Assembly (NCBI GenBank): GCA_965203515.1
Contig: OZ241907.1
Location: 2,784,001-2,848,000, forward strand
Length of the DNA: 64,000 nt
Direction of reading: 5' to 3'
Source: Spirochaetia bacterium
Lineage (GTDB): Bacteria; Spirochaetota; Spirochaetia; SZUA-6; Bin103
Below the pieces are notes generated by a model. That model was not told the origin of the DNA. It did not search any database and saw only the letters and a list, made by a program, of their open reading frames with translations. Made by a program: the position numbers and the translations under genes. Positions 49,986 to 58,877 of this stretch are shown here, in pieces (position 1 is the first letter of the stretch; each line of letters starts with the position of its first letter).

Positions 49986-50554
49986 GTCGGCAACGGGAAC
50001 TGACCGAAGCGGAGCTGCGCGAGAAACGGGGCGAGGGTCCCGACACCGCCCGGCTGCGCTATCTGGACCCGTCGATGTGCCGCTTCTATCCCGGCAACTT
50101 CGCGGCGCTGCATCTCGAGATCACCGGCATCTGGGTCTACGGGGGCGTCTATGCCGCGTACTGCTTTCCGGTGGAACGGCGCAGCGAGTTCATCGCCATC
50201 ATCCAGAGTCGCCGCCGCGGCGACGACCTGGAGATCGGCATCGTGCGCCGGCTCGACGACTTTCCCGCCGATCAGGCCGCGCTGGTGCGATCGGCGCTGC
50301 AGCGGCGCTACTTCTTCCACACCATCAGCCGCATCCGGCGGATCGGCTGGGACGGCGGCTACGTGTCGATGCGCGTCGATACCGACAAGGGCCCGGTCGA
50401 CTTTCTGATGCGCTGGAGCAACGATCGAGCGGTGAGCTTCGGCCGCGGCGGCAAGCTGCTGATCGACGTGGACGACAACCGCTACCTGATCCCGCGGGTC
50501 GATGCGCTGCCGCCGCGCGAGCGCAGCGCCTTTACGCGTATCATCTACTGGTAG
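49982..50554 (+). CDS. DUF1854-like protein
   Basis: CFPV, EIGIV..LDD, LQRRYF, VDTDKG, LIDVDDNRYLIP; ATGA-coupled to the ABC gene. Confidence 0.8.
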   Translation: MSRQRELTEAELREKRGEGPDTARLRYLDPSMCRFYPGNFAALHLEITGIWVYGGVYAAYCFPVERRSEFIAIIQSRRRGDDLEIGIVRRLDDFPADQAALVRSALQRRYFFHTISRIRRIGWDGGYVSMRVDTDKGPVDFLMRWSNDRAVSFGRGGKLLIDVDDNRYLIPRVDALPPRERSAFTRIIYW

Positions 50555-50559
50555 GCGCC

Positions 50560-51828
50560 ATGGCACCGGTAGCGCGCGTCAAGGGGACGCAGGATTTCTA
50601 TCCCGACGACTGGGCGCAGCAGCTCGCCCTGCGAGAGACGATGCTCGCGGCGGGCCGCGCCTACGGCTACCGGGAATACGAAGGGCCGGCGGTCGAGTAC
50701 CTGGACCTCTACCTGGGCAAGAGCAGCGAGGAGATCGTCGCTCGGCAGACCTTCCGCATTCAGGACCGGGACGGCAAGGAGCTGCTGCTGCGCCCGGAGC
50801 TGACGCCGACGCTGGCGCGCATGATCGCCGCCCGCGAGCAGGAGATCCCGCTGCCGGCGCGGTGGCAGTCGTGGGGTCAGTTCTTCCGCTACGAACGGCC
50901 GCAGCGCGGCCGCGGGCGGTCGTTCTTTCAGTGGAACGTCGACCTGCTCGGCAGCGAGAGCGCGCACGCCGACGCCGAAGTGATCCAGGTGGCCTGCGAG
51001 TTGTTCACCGCGCTCGGGCTGGAGGCGGCCGACGTGCGCATCAAGGTCAACGACCGCGCGGCGCTGGAGGCCGATCTGACCGGCGGTCTGGGCGTCCCGG
51101 CCGAGTCGGTGCGGGGCGTGCTGCAGGTGATCGACCGTCTGGACAAGGTCGGCGCGGGCCGAGCTCAGGGCCAGATGACGGCGTTGGGTCTGGCCCCGGG
51201 TCAGGCCGATGAGGTGATCGCCTTCGTGCAGGCGCCGGTCGCCGACCCGCCGGAGCGTCTGGCGGCGATCGTCGAGCAGCTCGCGATCACCGGCCACGAC
51301 CGGTACGTGACGCTCGACCGCGGCATCGCGCGCGGCTTCGACTACTACACCGGCACCGTGTTCGAGGCGTGGGCGGCCGGCGGGCTGCGGCGCGCCGTCT
51401 TCGGCGGCGGCCGCTACGACGACCTGACGCGGCAGGTGGGCGGCAAGCGGCGCGTGCCGGGGGTCGGCATGGCGGTGGGCGACATGGCGCTGCTGGAGCT
51501 GCTGCGCGAGCTGGACCGGGTGCCGGCTCCGGCGCGGGCGGCGCCCGACGTGCTGGTCACCGTCTTCGGGGCCGAGCAGCAGCAGGCGTCGGCGCGCATC
51601 GCCGACCGCCTGCGCCGGCATGGCGTGGCGGTCGAACTGGCGCTGGACCCGGGGCAACGCCTGGAGCGTCAGCTCCGGCATGCCGACCGGACCGGCGCGC
51701 GCTATGCGCTCATCATCGGCCCGGACGAGGCGGCCGCCGGCACCGTGCTGGTCAAGGACCTGACCGAACGGAGGCAGGAGCACCTGCCGGCGGACGATGC
51801 CGACGCGCTGGCCGCCCGGCTGGGCTAG
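50560..51828 (+). CDS. hisS: Histidine--tRNA ligase
   Basis: VKGTQDFYP, LRPELTP, FRYERPQRGR, RGFDYYTG, GGGRYD, anticodon-binding domain. Confidence 0.96.
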   Translation: MAPVARVKGTQDFYPDDWAQQLALRETMLAAGRAYGYREYEGPAVEYLDLYLGKSSEEIVARQTFRIQDRDGKELLLRPELTPTLARMIAAREQEIPLPARWQSWGQFFRYERPQRGRGRSFFQWNVDLLGSESAHADAEVIQVACELFTALGLEAADVRIKVNDRAALEADLTGGLGVPAESVRGVLQVIDRLDKVGAGRAQGQMTALGLAPGQADEVIAFVQAPVADPPERLAAIVEQLAITGHDRYVTLDRGIARGFDYYTGTVFEAWAAGGLRRAVFGGGRYDDLTRQVGGKRRVPGVGMAVGDMALLELLRELDRVPAPARAAPDVLVTVFGAEQQQASARIADRLRRHGVAVELALDPGQRLERQLRHADRTGARYALIIGPDEAAAGTVLVKDLTERRQEHLPADDADALAARLG

Positions 51829-51868
51829 GCTAGGCGGGGCCGGCGCGTAGCGCCCGGCCCGCGGAGTC

Positions 51869-52519
51869 TCAGGCGGCCTTGTCCACGGAGACGATGCACG
51901 GCAGGTGGCGCAGCGCGCCGGCCGCGTCCAGGCCGTAGCCGGCGACCCATACGTCCGGTATCTCGAACCCCACCAGGTCGGGGGCCGCCTTGGCGCGTTG
52001 CGCCCGGACGTGCGGTTGGGGGGCGTCGAGCCGCTTGTTCAGCAGCACGCAGACCTGCACGTTGCGCACGCCCCACTCCGCCAGGCGGTCGCGCAGCGCC
52101 GCCAACGTGAAGCCGTGGTCCAGGATGTCGTCGACCAGCAGCATGGAGCGGCCGGCGACGTCGGACGGCTGCAGATCGACGATGACGCGCCGCTCGCCGG
52201 GGCCGTCCGCTCCCATCACGGAGCCGTAGGTGCTGGTCTTGGTCAGCGCGTAATGGACGTCCAGCGTGCTCTCCGCGGCCAGCGCCCGGCCCAGGTCGGC
52301 CGCGAACATGAACGCGCCGGTGAGCACCGGCGTTACCACCACCTCGGCTTCGCTCGGATAGCGCTCGGCCAGCAGCCGCGCCAGCTCGCGTATCCGTCGC
52401 TGCAGCGCCGCCTGCGGGATCAGTACGCGCTGCACGATGCCGCGCAGCGCGCGGGGGAGCGTGACGCCGTGCTGCGCGAGCGTAGCGCAGGCCGGATCGA
52501 TCCCGGTTTCGGGTACCAT
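51869..52519 (-). CDS. hpt: Hypoxanthine phosphoribosyltransferase-like protein
   Basis: VLTGAFMFAADL, STYG, LVDDILDHGFTL, LLNK, GFEIPD.WVAGYGLD...RHLP. Confidence 0.88.
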   Translation of the reverse strand: MVPETGIDPACATLAQHGVTLPRALRGIVQRVLIPQAALQRRIRELARLLAERYPSEAEVVVTPVLTGAFMFAADLGRALAAESTLDVHYALTKTSTYGSVMGADGPGERRVIVDLQPSDVAGRSMLLVDDILDHGFTLAALRDRLAEWGVRNVQVCVLLNKRLDAPQPHVRAQRAKAAPDLVGFEIPDVWVAGYGLDAAGALRHLPCIVSVDKAA

Positions 52520-52608
52520 CGGCGAACGATACCCGTTGGCGCGGCATCGCGCACGGTCCGCCGGCCGCACGGCCTTGACCGGCGGCCGGCGGACGCCAGA
52601 ATGACGCC

Positions 52609-53736
52609 GTGCCAAGGCCGCCTGGGATACCGGATCGGGACTGGAACGACTGGCGGTGGCAACTGCGCAACCGGATCACGTCGATCGGCGATCTGAGGCG
52701 ATACGTCGACGTGAGCCCGGCGGAACAGGCCGGCATCGAGGCGGCCGGCGCCCGGTACCGGTGGGCGGTGACCCCGTACTACGCCGCGTTGATGGATCGG
52801 GACGACCCGGATTGCCCGCTGCGCCGGCAGCAGGTGCCGGCCGCGCAGGAGCTGGCCGACGACCTGGGGGCCGAGGACCCGCTGCTGGAAGGGGAGCACT
52901 CGCCGGTGGCCGCGATCGTCCACGTCTACCCCGACCGCGTCGCCTTCAAGATCACCAACGTCTGCCCCACCTACTGCCGCTACTGCTTTCGCGAGTACTT
53001 CGTCGGCAACGTCGAGGCGCACCACACGCGCGCCGCCGTGCAGGAGGGGATCGACTACATCGCCCGCACGCCGGCGATCCGCGACGTGCTGGTCACCGGC
53101 GGCGACCCGCTGCTGTTCTCCGATGAGCGGCTGGACGACCTGCTGGGCCGGCTGCGCGCGATCGAGCACGTGCAGATCATCCGTACCGGCTCGCGCGTGC
53201 CGTGCACCCTGCCGCAACGCATCACGCCGGCGCTGTGCGAGGTGCTGAGCCGCCACCACCCGATCTGGCTCAACACGCACTTCAACCATCCGGCCGAGAT
53301 CACGCCGGAGGCGGCGGCGGCGTGCGACCGCCTGCTGCGCGCCGGGGTGCCGCTCGGCAACCAGACCGTGCTGCTCAAGGGGGTCAACGACGACCCGCAG
53401 GTGATGCTGGAGCTGGTCCATCGGCTGCTGGCGATCCGCGTGCGGCCCTATTACATCTTCCAGTGCCAGCTCGTGGCGGGAACCGCGCACCTGCGCACCT
53501 CGATCGAGGCCGGGCTGGCGATCGTTCAGGCGCTGCGCGGCCACACCACCGGCTTCGGGGTGCCGACCTACGTGCTCGACACCCCGTACGGCAAGGTGCC
53601 GCTGGCGCCGCAGTATCTGCTGGGCCGGTGCGGCGACGAGGTGGTGGTGCGTACCTACGAAGGCCGCATCTGGCGTGAACCGAATCCGCTCGACGGGCCG
53701 CCGCCGGCGGGCGCGGCGCTGCCGGCGCTATCATGA
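52609..53736 (+). CDS. KamA-family radical SAM/PLP aminomutase
   Basis: WNDWRWQLRN, VTPYY, HVYPDRV, CPTYCRYC, VTGGDPL, HFNHP, NQTVLLKGVND, GK. Confidence 0.93.
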   Translation: MPRPPGIPDRDWNDWRWQLRNRITSIGDLRRYVDVSPAEQAGIEAAGARYRWAVTPYYAALMDRDDPDCPLRRQQVPAAQELADDLGAEDPLLEGEHSPVAAIVHVYPDRVAFKITNVCPTYCRYCFREYFVGNVEAHHTRAAVQEGIDYIARTPAIRDVLVTGGDPLLFSDERLDDLLGRLRAIEHVQIIRTGSRVPCTLPQRITPALCEVLSRHHPIWLNTHFNHPAEITPEAAAACDRLLRAGVPLGNQTVLLKGVNDDPQVMLELVHRLLAIRVRPYYIFQCQLVAGTAHLRTSIEAGLAIVQALRGHTTGFGVPTYVLDTPYGKVPLAPQYLLGRCGDEVVVRTYEGRIWREPNPLDGPPPAGAALPALS

Positions 53737-53828
53737 CTCTCCATCAAGGTCGCCCCAGCCTTCAGCCTCGGCCTTGGCGATCAGCTCCCGGATCAATTTG
53801 AGTGAAGGGAGCATAGCTTGGCCGGCGG

Positions 53829-55289
53829 TTACGTCCGCCGCAGCGCGTCCCGGTTCAGATAGTCGGGCAGACCGTCCTGGTCGCGGTCTGCGGTGCCGGC
53901 ATCGCGGTTCAGGTAATCGGGCAGGCCGTCTCCATCACCGTCGCCGTCCGCACGGCGGTAGTTGCGGTCGCCGTCTCGCGGCGCCGGCTCGGACCCCGCG
54001 CCGGCGCCGCCGCCCAGGTCGAGGTCGCCTCGATAGCGGCGCAGTATCATGTCGGCGGTGACGCCGGCGTCGGCCGTGACGATCTCGGCAAGGCTGTACT
54101 TCGGCTTCACGGTCGTGATCCTGACGAAGCCGACCGGCAGCTCGAGACGGCCCAGGCTTTCGCCGGTGTCCGGGTCGACCAGCGTCGGGCCGAGCGCGAA
54201 CACCTCGAAGATATCGCCGGCCGCGACCGTGTTGCCGCCCCGGTTCACCGCCACCGTGCCGCCGCCGAGCGCCTGCAGGACGACCGGCGGGTAGATGTTC
54301 TCCGTCAACTCGTCGGCGATGCGGGCGGCGGCCTCGTCCAGCACCGCTTCGGCCAACTGCTCGGGCCACAGGTCTTCCTCCGCGACCTGCTCCAGCTCGA
54401 CCGCGGAGGACCACTTGACCTGCCGGGTGGCGACCGCCAGGACCGAAAAGCGCACCTGCGCCGCCGCCAGCACCCGCGTCCGGGTCTCTCCGGTGAGCTG
54501 GATGTTCGTGCGCCGCTCCTCCACCGCGATGCGGTCGACCGTGCCATACAGCAGGTAATCGGCGCCGAGCACCTTGCCCAGCCGCGCGCCTTCGGCCGCG
54601 TCCACGTCGGATGACTGCAGGAGCCGCTTCTCCTGCTCGTAGAGGTCCGGGGCGCGGCGGTCGAGCACCGCGAACCGCCGGCCCTGCGTGAGCAGCGACT
54701 CGATGCGCGCCCGGAAGCGGTCCTGCAGGTTGCGCATGAGATCGAAGTCGACCTCCACGCCGCGCCGCGCCGCGCCGCCGCCGGTGCGCTGCTCACGCTC
54801 GCCGCCGGCTCCGTACAGGTGCACCTCGTCGATCTCGAAGTCGAGCACCGCAAGCCGGCGCCGGTCCACGTCCGGCCCCGGCACGCGGTAGGACGCGTGG
54901 CTGACCCGCACCCGCACGCGCACGCCGCCGTCCTCCGGCGTCGAGCTCAGCACCTCGTAGCCGGTGAAGCGGCAGGCATCGCTGCCCAGGGAGATGCGGA
55001 TGTGCTCGTTGAGGCTTTCGACGACCTCCATGCCGTCCCCCCGGACGGCGAGCGAGACCGCCGAAGCGCTGTCCGACTCCAGGGTGACGCCGCAGACCTG
55101 GAACGCCGCCTGCTGCAGCGCCTTGCCGATCGCTTCCTGTCGATTCGATCCGACGCCGACCGCTTCGTGCAGCTCCGCCGCAACCTGCGCCTGGGCGCCC
55201 CCGCCGAGCAGCGCCCAGCCGAGCGCCGCTCCCGCGATCACCAGCGCGGAGCGGCGCCGGGGTCCGTGACGGTCAGAAATCGCTTGCAT
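53829..55289 (-). CDS. CsgG/HfaB-family periplasmic protein with C-terminal DxDxDG-like repeats
   Basis: Signal peptide; LTQGRRFAVLDR, LGKVLGADYLLYG, DPDTGESLG; two GLPDYLNRD repeats. Confidence 0.8.
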   Translation of the reverse strand: MQAISDRHGPRRRSALVIAGAALGWALLGGGAQAQVAAELHEAVGVGSNRQEAIGKALQQAAFQVCGVTLESDSASAVSLAVRGDGMEVVESLNEHIRISLGSDACRFTGYEVLSSTPEDGGVRVRVRVSHASYRVPGPDVDRRRLAVLDFEIDEVHLYGAGGEREQRTGGGAARRGVEVDFDLMRNLQDRFRARIESLLTQGRRFAVLDRRAPDLYEQEKRLLQSSDVDAAEGARLGKVLGADYLLYGTVDRIAVEERRTNIQLTGETRTRVLAAAQVRFSVLAVATRQVKWSSAVELEQVAEEDLWPEQLAEAVLDEAAARIADELTENIYPPVVLQALGGGTVAVNRGGNTVAAGDIFEVFALGPTLVDPDTGESLGRLELPVGFVRITTVKPKYSLAEIVTADAGVTADMILRRYRGDLDLGGGAGAGSEPAPRDGDRNYRRADGDGDGDGLPDYLNRDAGTADRDQDGLPDYLNRDALRRT

Positions 55290-56673
55290 CCATCAGATCC
55301 TTGCTCTGCACGGTGCCGCTCACGGTCGGTCTCGACGCCGGTTCGGCATCCGGCGCCGGCTCCGGCTCCGGCGCGGGATGCCTGGCCTCGAGTCCGAGGC
55401 TGGCGCGCACCGCATCTTCCCGCGCCGGCGACCAGTAGGCGACGGCCCCGGTCAGTTCCTGGTGCTCCGCCACCGGATGCCGCGCCGACCAGGTGCGCAG
55501 GATGTCGAGCCCGGTGAGCTGCACCGTCGACCTGGTCCTGGCTTCCTCGACCATCCGGTCGGCGATGTTCGTTCCCGCCACGTATTCGTGGAACCGGTCG
55601 GCGTCGACCTCGACCGCCTCCTCGATGGCGGCGCCCACGAAACTCGACGAGGTGAACTGCGCGTTGACCGTGACGAACTCCGCCAGGGAGCTCTTGGCCT
55701 GTATCTCCGCCTGGTTCCTGGCGAACCGGTAGCGGCGGTCCCGCTGGGCGGCGGTCAGCGCCTTCGACGACCAGCCCCATTGGCCGAACGAGACGATGAC
55801 CGGGTAGCCGTCCTCGTCCCACCATCGGCGGACGCCGAACTGCTCCACCAGGTCTTCGTCCGACAGCTCGCCGATCCGATCGCGGAGCGACACGCCGGCG
55901 CGCTCCGGGTCGGGCCGAATCGCATCGCCGTCCTGGATCCGCTGCGCCAGCTCGCGCATGCGCGTCGAGAACACCGCGACCACCCCGACCGTCGAGTTGC
56001 CGTCGCAGTCGACCGCCTCGAACGTCTTGATCGGGACGAGGCCGGACGCCCGCCCGAACGCGAGAGAGGTGACCTCACGGGCGAGCGCATCGCGGTACCG
56101 GGGGATCTTCTCCCGGACGGACAGCCCCGCGAGCTCATCGTCGCTCATGCCGGCCTCCCTGAGCTCCTGATCGAGCTTCATCTCCGCGAGCAGCGCTTCC
56201 TTCTCCTCGATCCGTTCCAGATAGGTAGCCGCATCCTCGTCCGACTCGAAGGCGATGGACGTCTCGTCCTGCAGCAGGTCGCGGACCGTCTCCGTGGTGA
56301 TCTCCTCGTTGGTCTGCCGCACGAACGCGCCCATCGCATCCAGGTAGGCTCGGGTATAGGCCAACGACCGCGCCTTTCCCCAGTCGCCGTGGTCGACGTG
56401 CACGCCGATCTCGGCCAGCCCCTCGATCACGCTGATGTTGCGCTGCCGCAGCGAGCGGACGGTCGGATCCTCGGCCTTCCAGTCCTGCATCATGTCGTCG
56501 ACGACGCGCATGGCGGTCTTGTCGACGTCGCACGCCGGGACGTCCGACCCGCCGGCGCCGGCGTCCTGCGCCAAGGCCGCCGGCGCGACGGCCAGCAACA
56601 GCGCAGCCGCCGGCAGCAGCGCTGCCGCCCTGACCGCCCGACCCGAGCCCCTGCCGCGCAGTACGCCCCGCAC
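55273..56673 (-). CDS. Secreted hypothetical protein (DUF6844/Cj0092-like)
   Basis: Signal peptide ending ALA-Q; WGKARSLAYTRAYLDA, QFGVR...DEDG.PVIVSFGQW; start GTG 56673 with SD. Confidence 0.65.
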   Translation of the reverse strand: MRGVLRGRGSGRAVRAAALLPAAALLLAVAPAALAQDAGAGGSDVPACDVDKTAMRVVDDMMQDWKAEDPTVRSLRQRNISVIEGLAEIGVHVDHGDWGKARSLAYTRAYLDAMGAFVRQTNEEITTETVRDLLQDETSIAFESDEDAATYLERIEEKEALLAEMKLDQELREAGMSDDELAGLSVREKIPRYRDALAREVTSLAFGRASGLVPIKTFEAVDCDGNSTVGVVAVFSTRMRELAQRIQDGDAIRPDPERAGVSLRDRIGELSDEDLVEQFGVRRWWDEDGYPVIVSFGQWGWSSKALTAAQRDRRYRFARNQAEIQAKSSLAEFVTVNAQFTSSSFVGAAIEEAVEVDADRFHEYVAGTNIADRMVEEARTRSTVQLTGLDILRTWSARHPVAEHQELTGAVAYWSPAREDAVRASLGLEARHPAPEPEPAPDAEPASRPTVSGTVQSKDLMDASDF

Positions 56674-56687
56674 CGCTGCCGGTCCCC

Positions 56688-57341
56688 TCAGTTCCACGAG
56701 AAACTCCGGTTGCTGCCCAGCTTGGCGATCACCTGCTCGAACTCCCAATAGGCCAGACCGGTCTCGATGTTGGTGATCGTGAGCTGGAAGTAGTAGTCGA
56801 CCTGCTGGCCGTCGCCGACGCGGTTGGCGCGCTGGATGATCTTGCCCGACAGGCTCAGTTCGGGAGCCACCATGGTGCCGTCCTGGGCCACGGTCTCCTG
56901 ATTGAAGAGCCGCGAGTTCTGCAGCTCGCGGGTCCGTGCGCTCAAGGGGTCTTCCGGGCCTTCCAGACCGACCGCGGTGGTGACGATCACCCGCCCGCTG
57001 TTCAGGAGGTCGACGCGGATCTTCTTGACGAGCTGGTCGGTGTCGATGTCGAGCGCCGTGTCGTTGATCATGCGGCTGATAGCCATCACCCACGGCGCCG
57101 TGCTGCCCGGCTTGCGGGACAACGGACTGCTCAGAAAGGAGGCGACCGCCTGTTCCGCCGCGAACTCGAAGTCCCGATAGTCCAGCCCCAGCGTGGTCCG
57201 CTCGCCGGGTTGCGGCGCCGGCGCCGGCGGGCTGGAGGGCGACCGGGTGTCGAGGTAGACGGTACCGGGATCGGTGGCGCATCCCACCAGAGCCGCCAGC
57301 GCGACGACGATAGCGATCGGGACGGACGGTTTGATCTTCAT
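56688..57341 (-). CDS. LpoB-like lipoprotein
   Basis: Lipobox LVGC; GLDYRDF, NDTALDIDTDQLVKKIR, SLSGKII, DYYFQLT, GLAYWE. Confidence 0.85.
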   Translation of the reverse strand: MKIKPSVPIAIVVALAALVGCATDPGTVYLDTRSPSSPPAPAPQPGERTTLGLDYRDFEFAAEQAVASFLSSPLSRKPGSTAPWVMAISRMINDTALDIDTDQLVKKIRVDLLNSGRVIVTTAVGLEGPEDPLSARTRELQNSRLFNQETVAQDGTMVAPELSLSGKIIQRANRVGDGQQVDYYFQLTITNIETGLAYWEFEQVIAKLGSNRSFSWN

Positions 57342-57369
57342 GTCTTCAATATAGCGGCGCCGGCCGGTT

Positions 57370-58842
57370 TCAGCCACCGATCGCCGACGCGTGCACCACC
57401 GGCGGCGCGTCGCGAACTATGGTCTTCACCTGCACCAGGACGAAGCGTCCGCTCGGCAACGCGACGTCGATTTCGGCGCCGCCGGCCGCCACGCGAATCC
57501 GGTCATCGGGCGGCCGCGGCAGGCTGGCGATGCCGATCGAGTGCGGCAGCGCGCGCCAGATACGGGTGTCGGCCTGGGTGACTACCGCGGAGGCGATCGG
57601 CGCGAAGACGCCGATGATCTCTCCCAAGGCGCCGGTATCCCGGGTCTCCTCCTGGATCGCCACCTGCAGGAGGGTGCGAACCACCGTGCCGGCCACCGCC
57701 TTGGCGACGACGCCGTCATAGCCGGCGCGAAACTCGGTGGCGGCGTACCGGTCGACATCGAGCAGCCGCTCGGTCCGGTACTCCTGTCCCCCGGCGCGGA
57801 CGCGCAGGGAAGCCGATGCCGGTCTGCCCGCGTGGAGATCGGGCAGCGCCACGGAGACCAGCAGGAAGCGATCGCGGCTGATGAAGACCGGCAGGTCGAA
57901 GCGGAACTGGTCGAGATACGGCCCGGTTCCATCCTCGTGCACGACCCATACCCGGTCATCGACGGCGGCCGCCCCGCCGGCGGCCTGCTCGGCCGCCACC
58001 AGATCGGCGATCACGTGGCGGTTGCGCCGGCCGTCCAGGGCGGCGGCGTTGCGGAAGAGGTCGGACGCCCGGTTCGCTTCTCCGGTCGCCAGCCGGAACG
58101 CGCCGTGCAGCCAATCGGTGAACGGATTGCGCAGGCCGCGATACGCTCCGAGCGACTCGACCGCCTGCAGGCGCCGGGCGATCGGCCCGTCGGGATCCAT
58201 CGCCTCGTCGAGCGAGCGGTCGATGTTCTCGCGGTACTCCTCCTCATCCTCCTCCTGCGCGCGCAGCGCCTGCACCTTGGCGGCGAGCTGGTCCACGGCG
58301 TTGGCCTGCCGCTGGTTGGCCCGGTTCAGCTCCACCCGGGCGCGCGCCGCGTCGCCGATCATCAGCGCGTTGGCCGCTTTGTAGGTATTGACCAGCACCC
58401 CCTCGTAGATGGTCCCTCGATAGGAGACCATCAGGTCGTTGCCCACCAGGGTGAGGCCCGCCGCCAGCAGGTCTTCGACGCCGGCGATGGAGTCCGACTT
58501 CCACAGGAGCTGCGACTCGGCGCGATCGAACGCGGTCTGCGAGGTCGGAAACCGGCCGGACGCGCGCAGCGCCATGGCGGCGTGCAGGGAGCTCAGGAGC
58601 TGATCCTCAGGGTAATCGAGCCCGGACGCGCCGCCGATCACGGCGCTCGCCGCATCGTAGTCGCCGGCGGCGTAGCTGGTCAGAAACGTCTCGGTCTGGC
58701 GGATGTCCGAGAACCCCGCGCACCCCCAAAGCAGTGCGGCGACGGCCAGGGCGACAACGGCCCGGGCCACCGCAGTCCGCGGCGCCGGCGCCCGGCGCCG
58801 CCCCGACCCCCGCGCGGCCGGCGGTCCTCTCAATGCTTCCAC
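57370..58842 (-). CDS. COG3014-family TPR-like lipoprotein (start uncertain)
   Basis: Lipobox LWGC; YEGVLVNTYKA, ARVELNRA, NPF, ADTRIWRALP. Confidence 0.8.
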   Translation of the reverse strand: MEALRGPPAARGSGRRRAPAPRTAVARAVVALAVAALLWGCAGFSDIRQTETFLTSYAAGDYDAASAVIGGASGLDYPEDQLLSSLHAAMALRASGRFPTSQTAFDRAESQLLWKSDSIAGVEDLLAAGLTLVGNDLMVSYRGTIYEGVLVNTYKAANALMIGDAARARVELNRANQRQANAVDQLAAKVQALRAQEEDEEEYRENIDRSLDEAMDPDGPIARRLQAVESLGAYRGLRNPFTDWLHGAFRLATGEANRASDLFRNAAALDGRRNRHVIADLVAAEQAAGGAAAVDDRVWVVHEDGTGPYLDQFRFDLPVFISRDRFLLVSVALPDLHAGRPASASLRVRAGGQEYRTERLLDVDRYAATEFRAGYDGVVAKAVAGTVVRTLLQVAIQEETRDTGALGEIIGVFAPIASAVVTQADTRIWRALPHSIGIASLPRPPDDRIRVAAGGAEIDVALPSGRFVLVQVKTIVRDAPPVVHASAIGG

Positions 58843-58877
58843 GCCGACGCAGTGTGCGCCGCGCAGGCCGCGCCCGG

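Noticed and set aside
52595..52615. Possible sigma54 promoter (TGGCAC on the minus strand)
   Set aside because: No TTGC -12 element at the correct spacing
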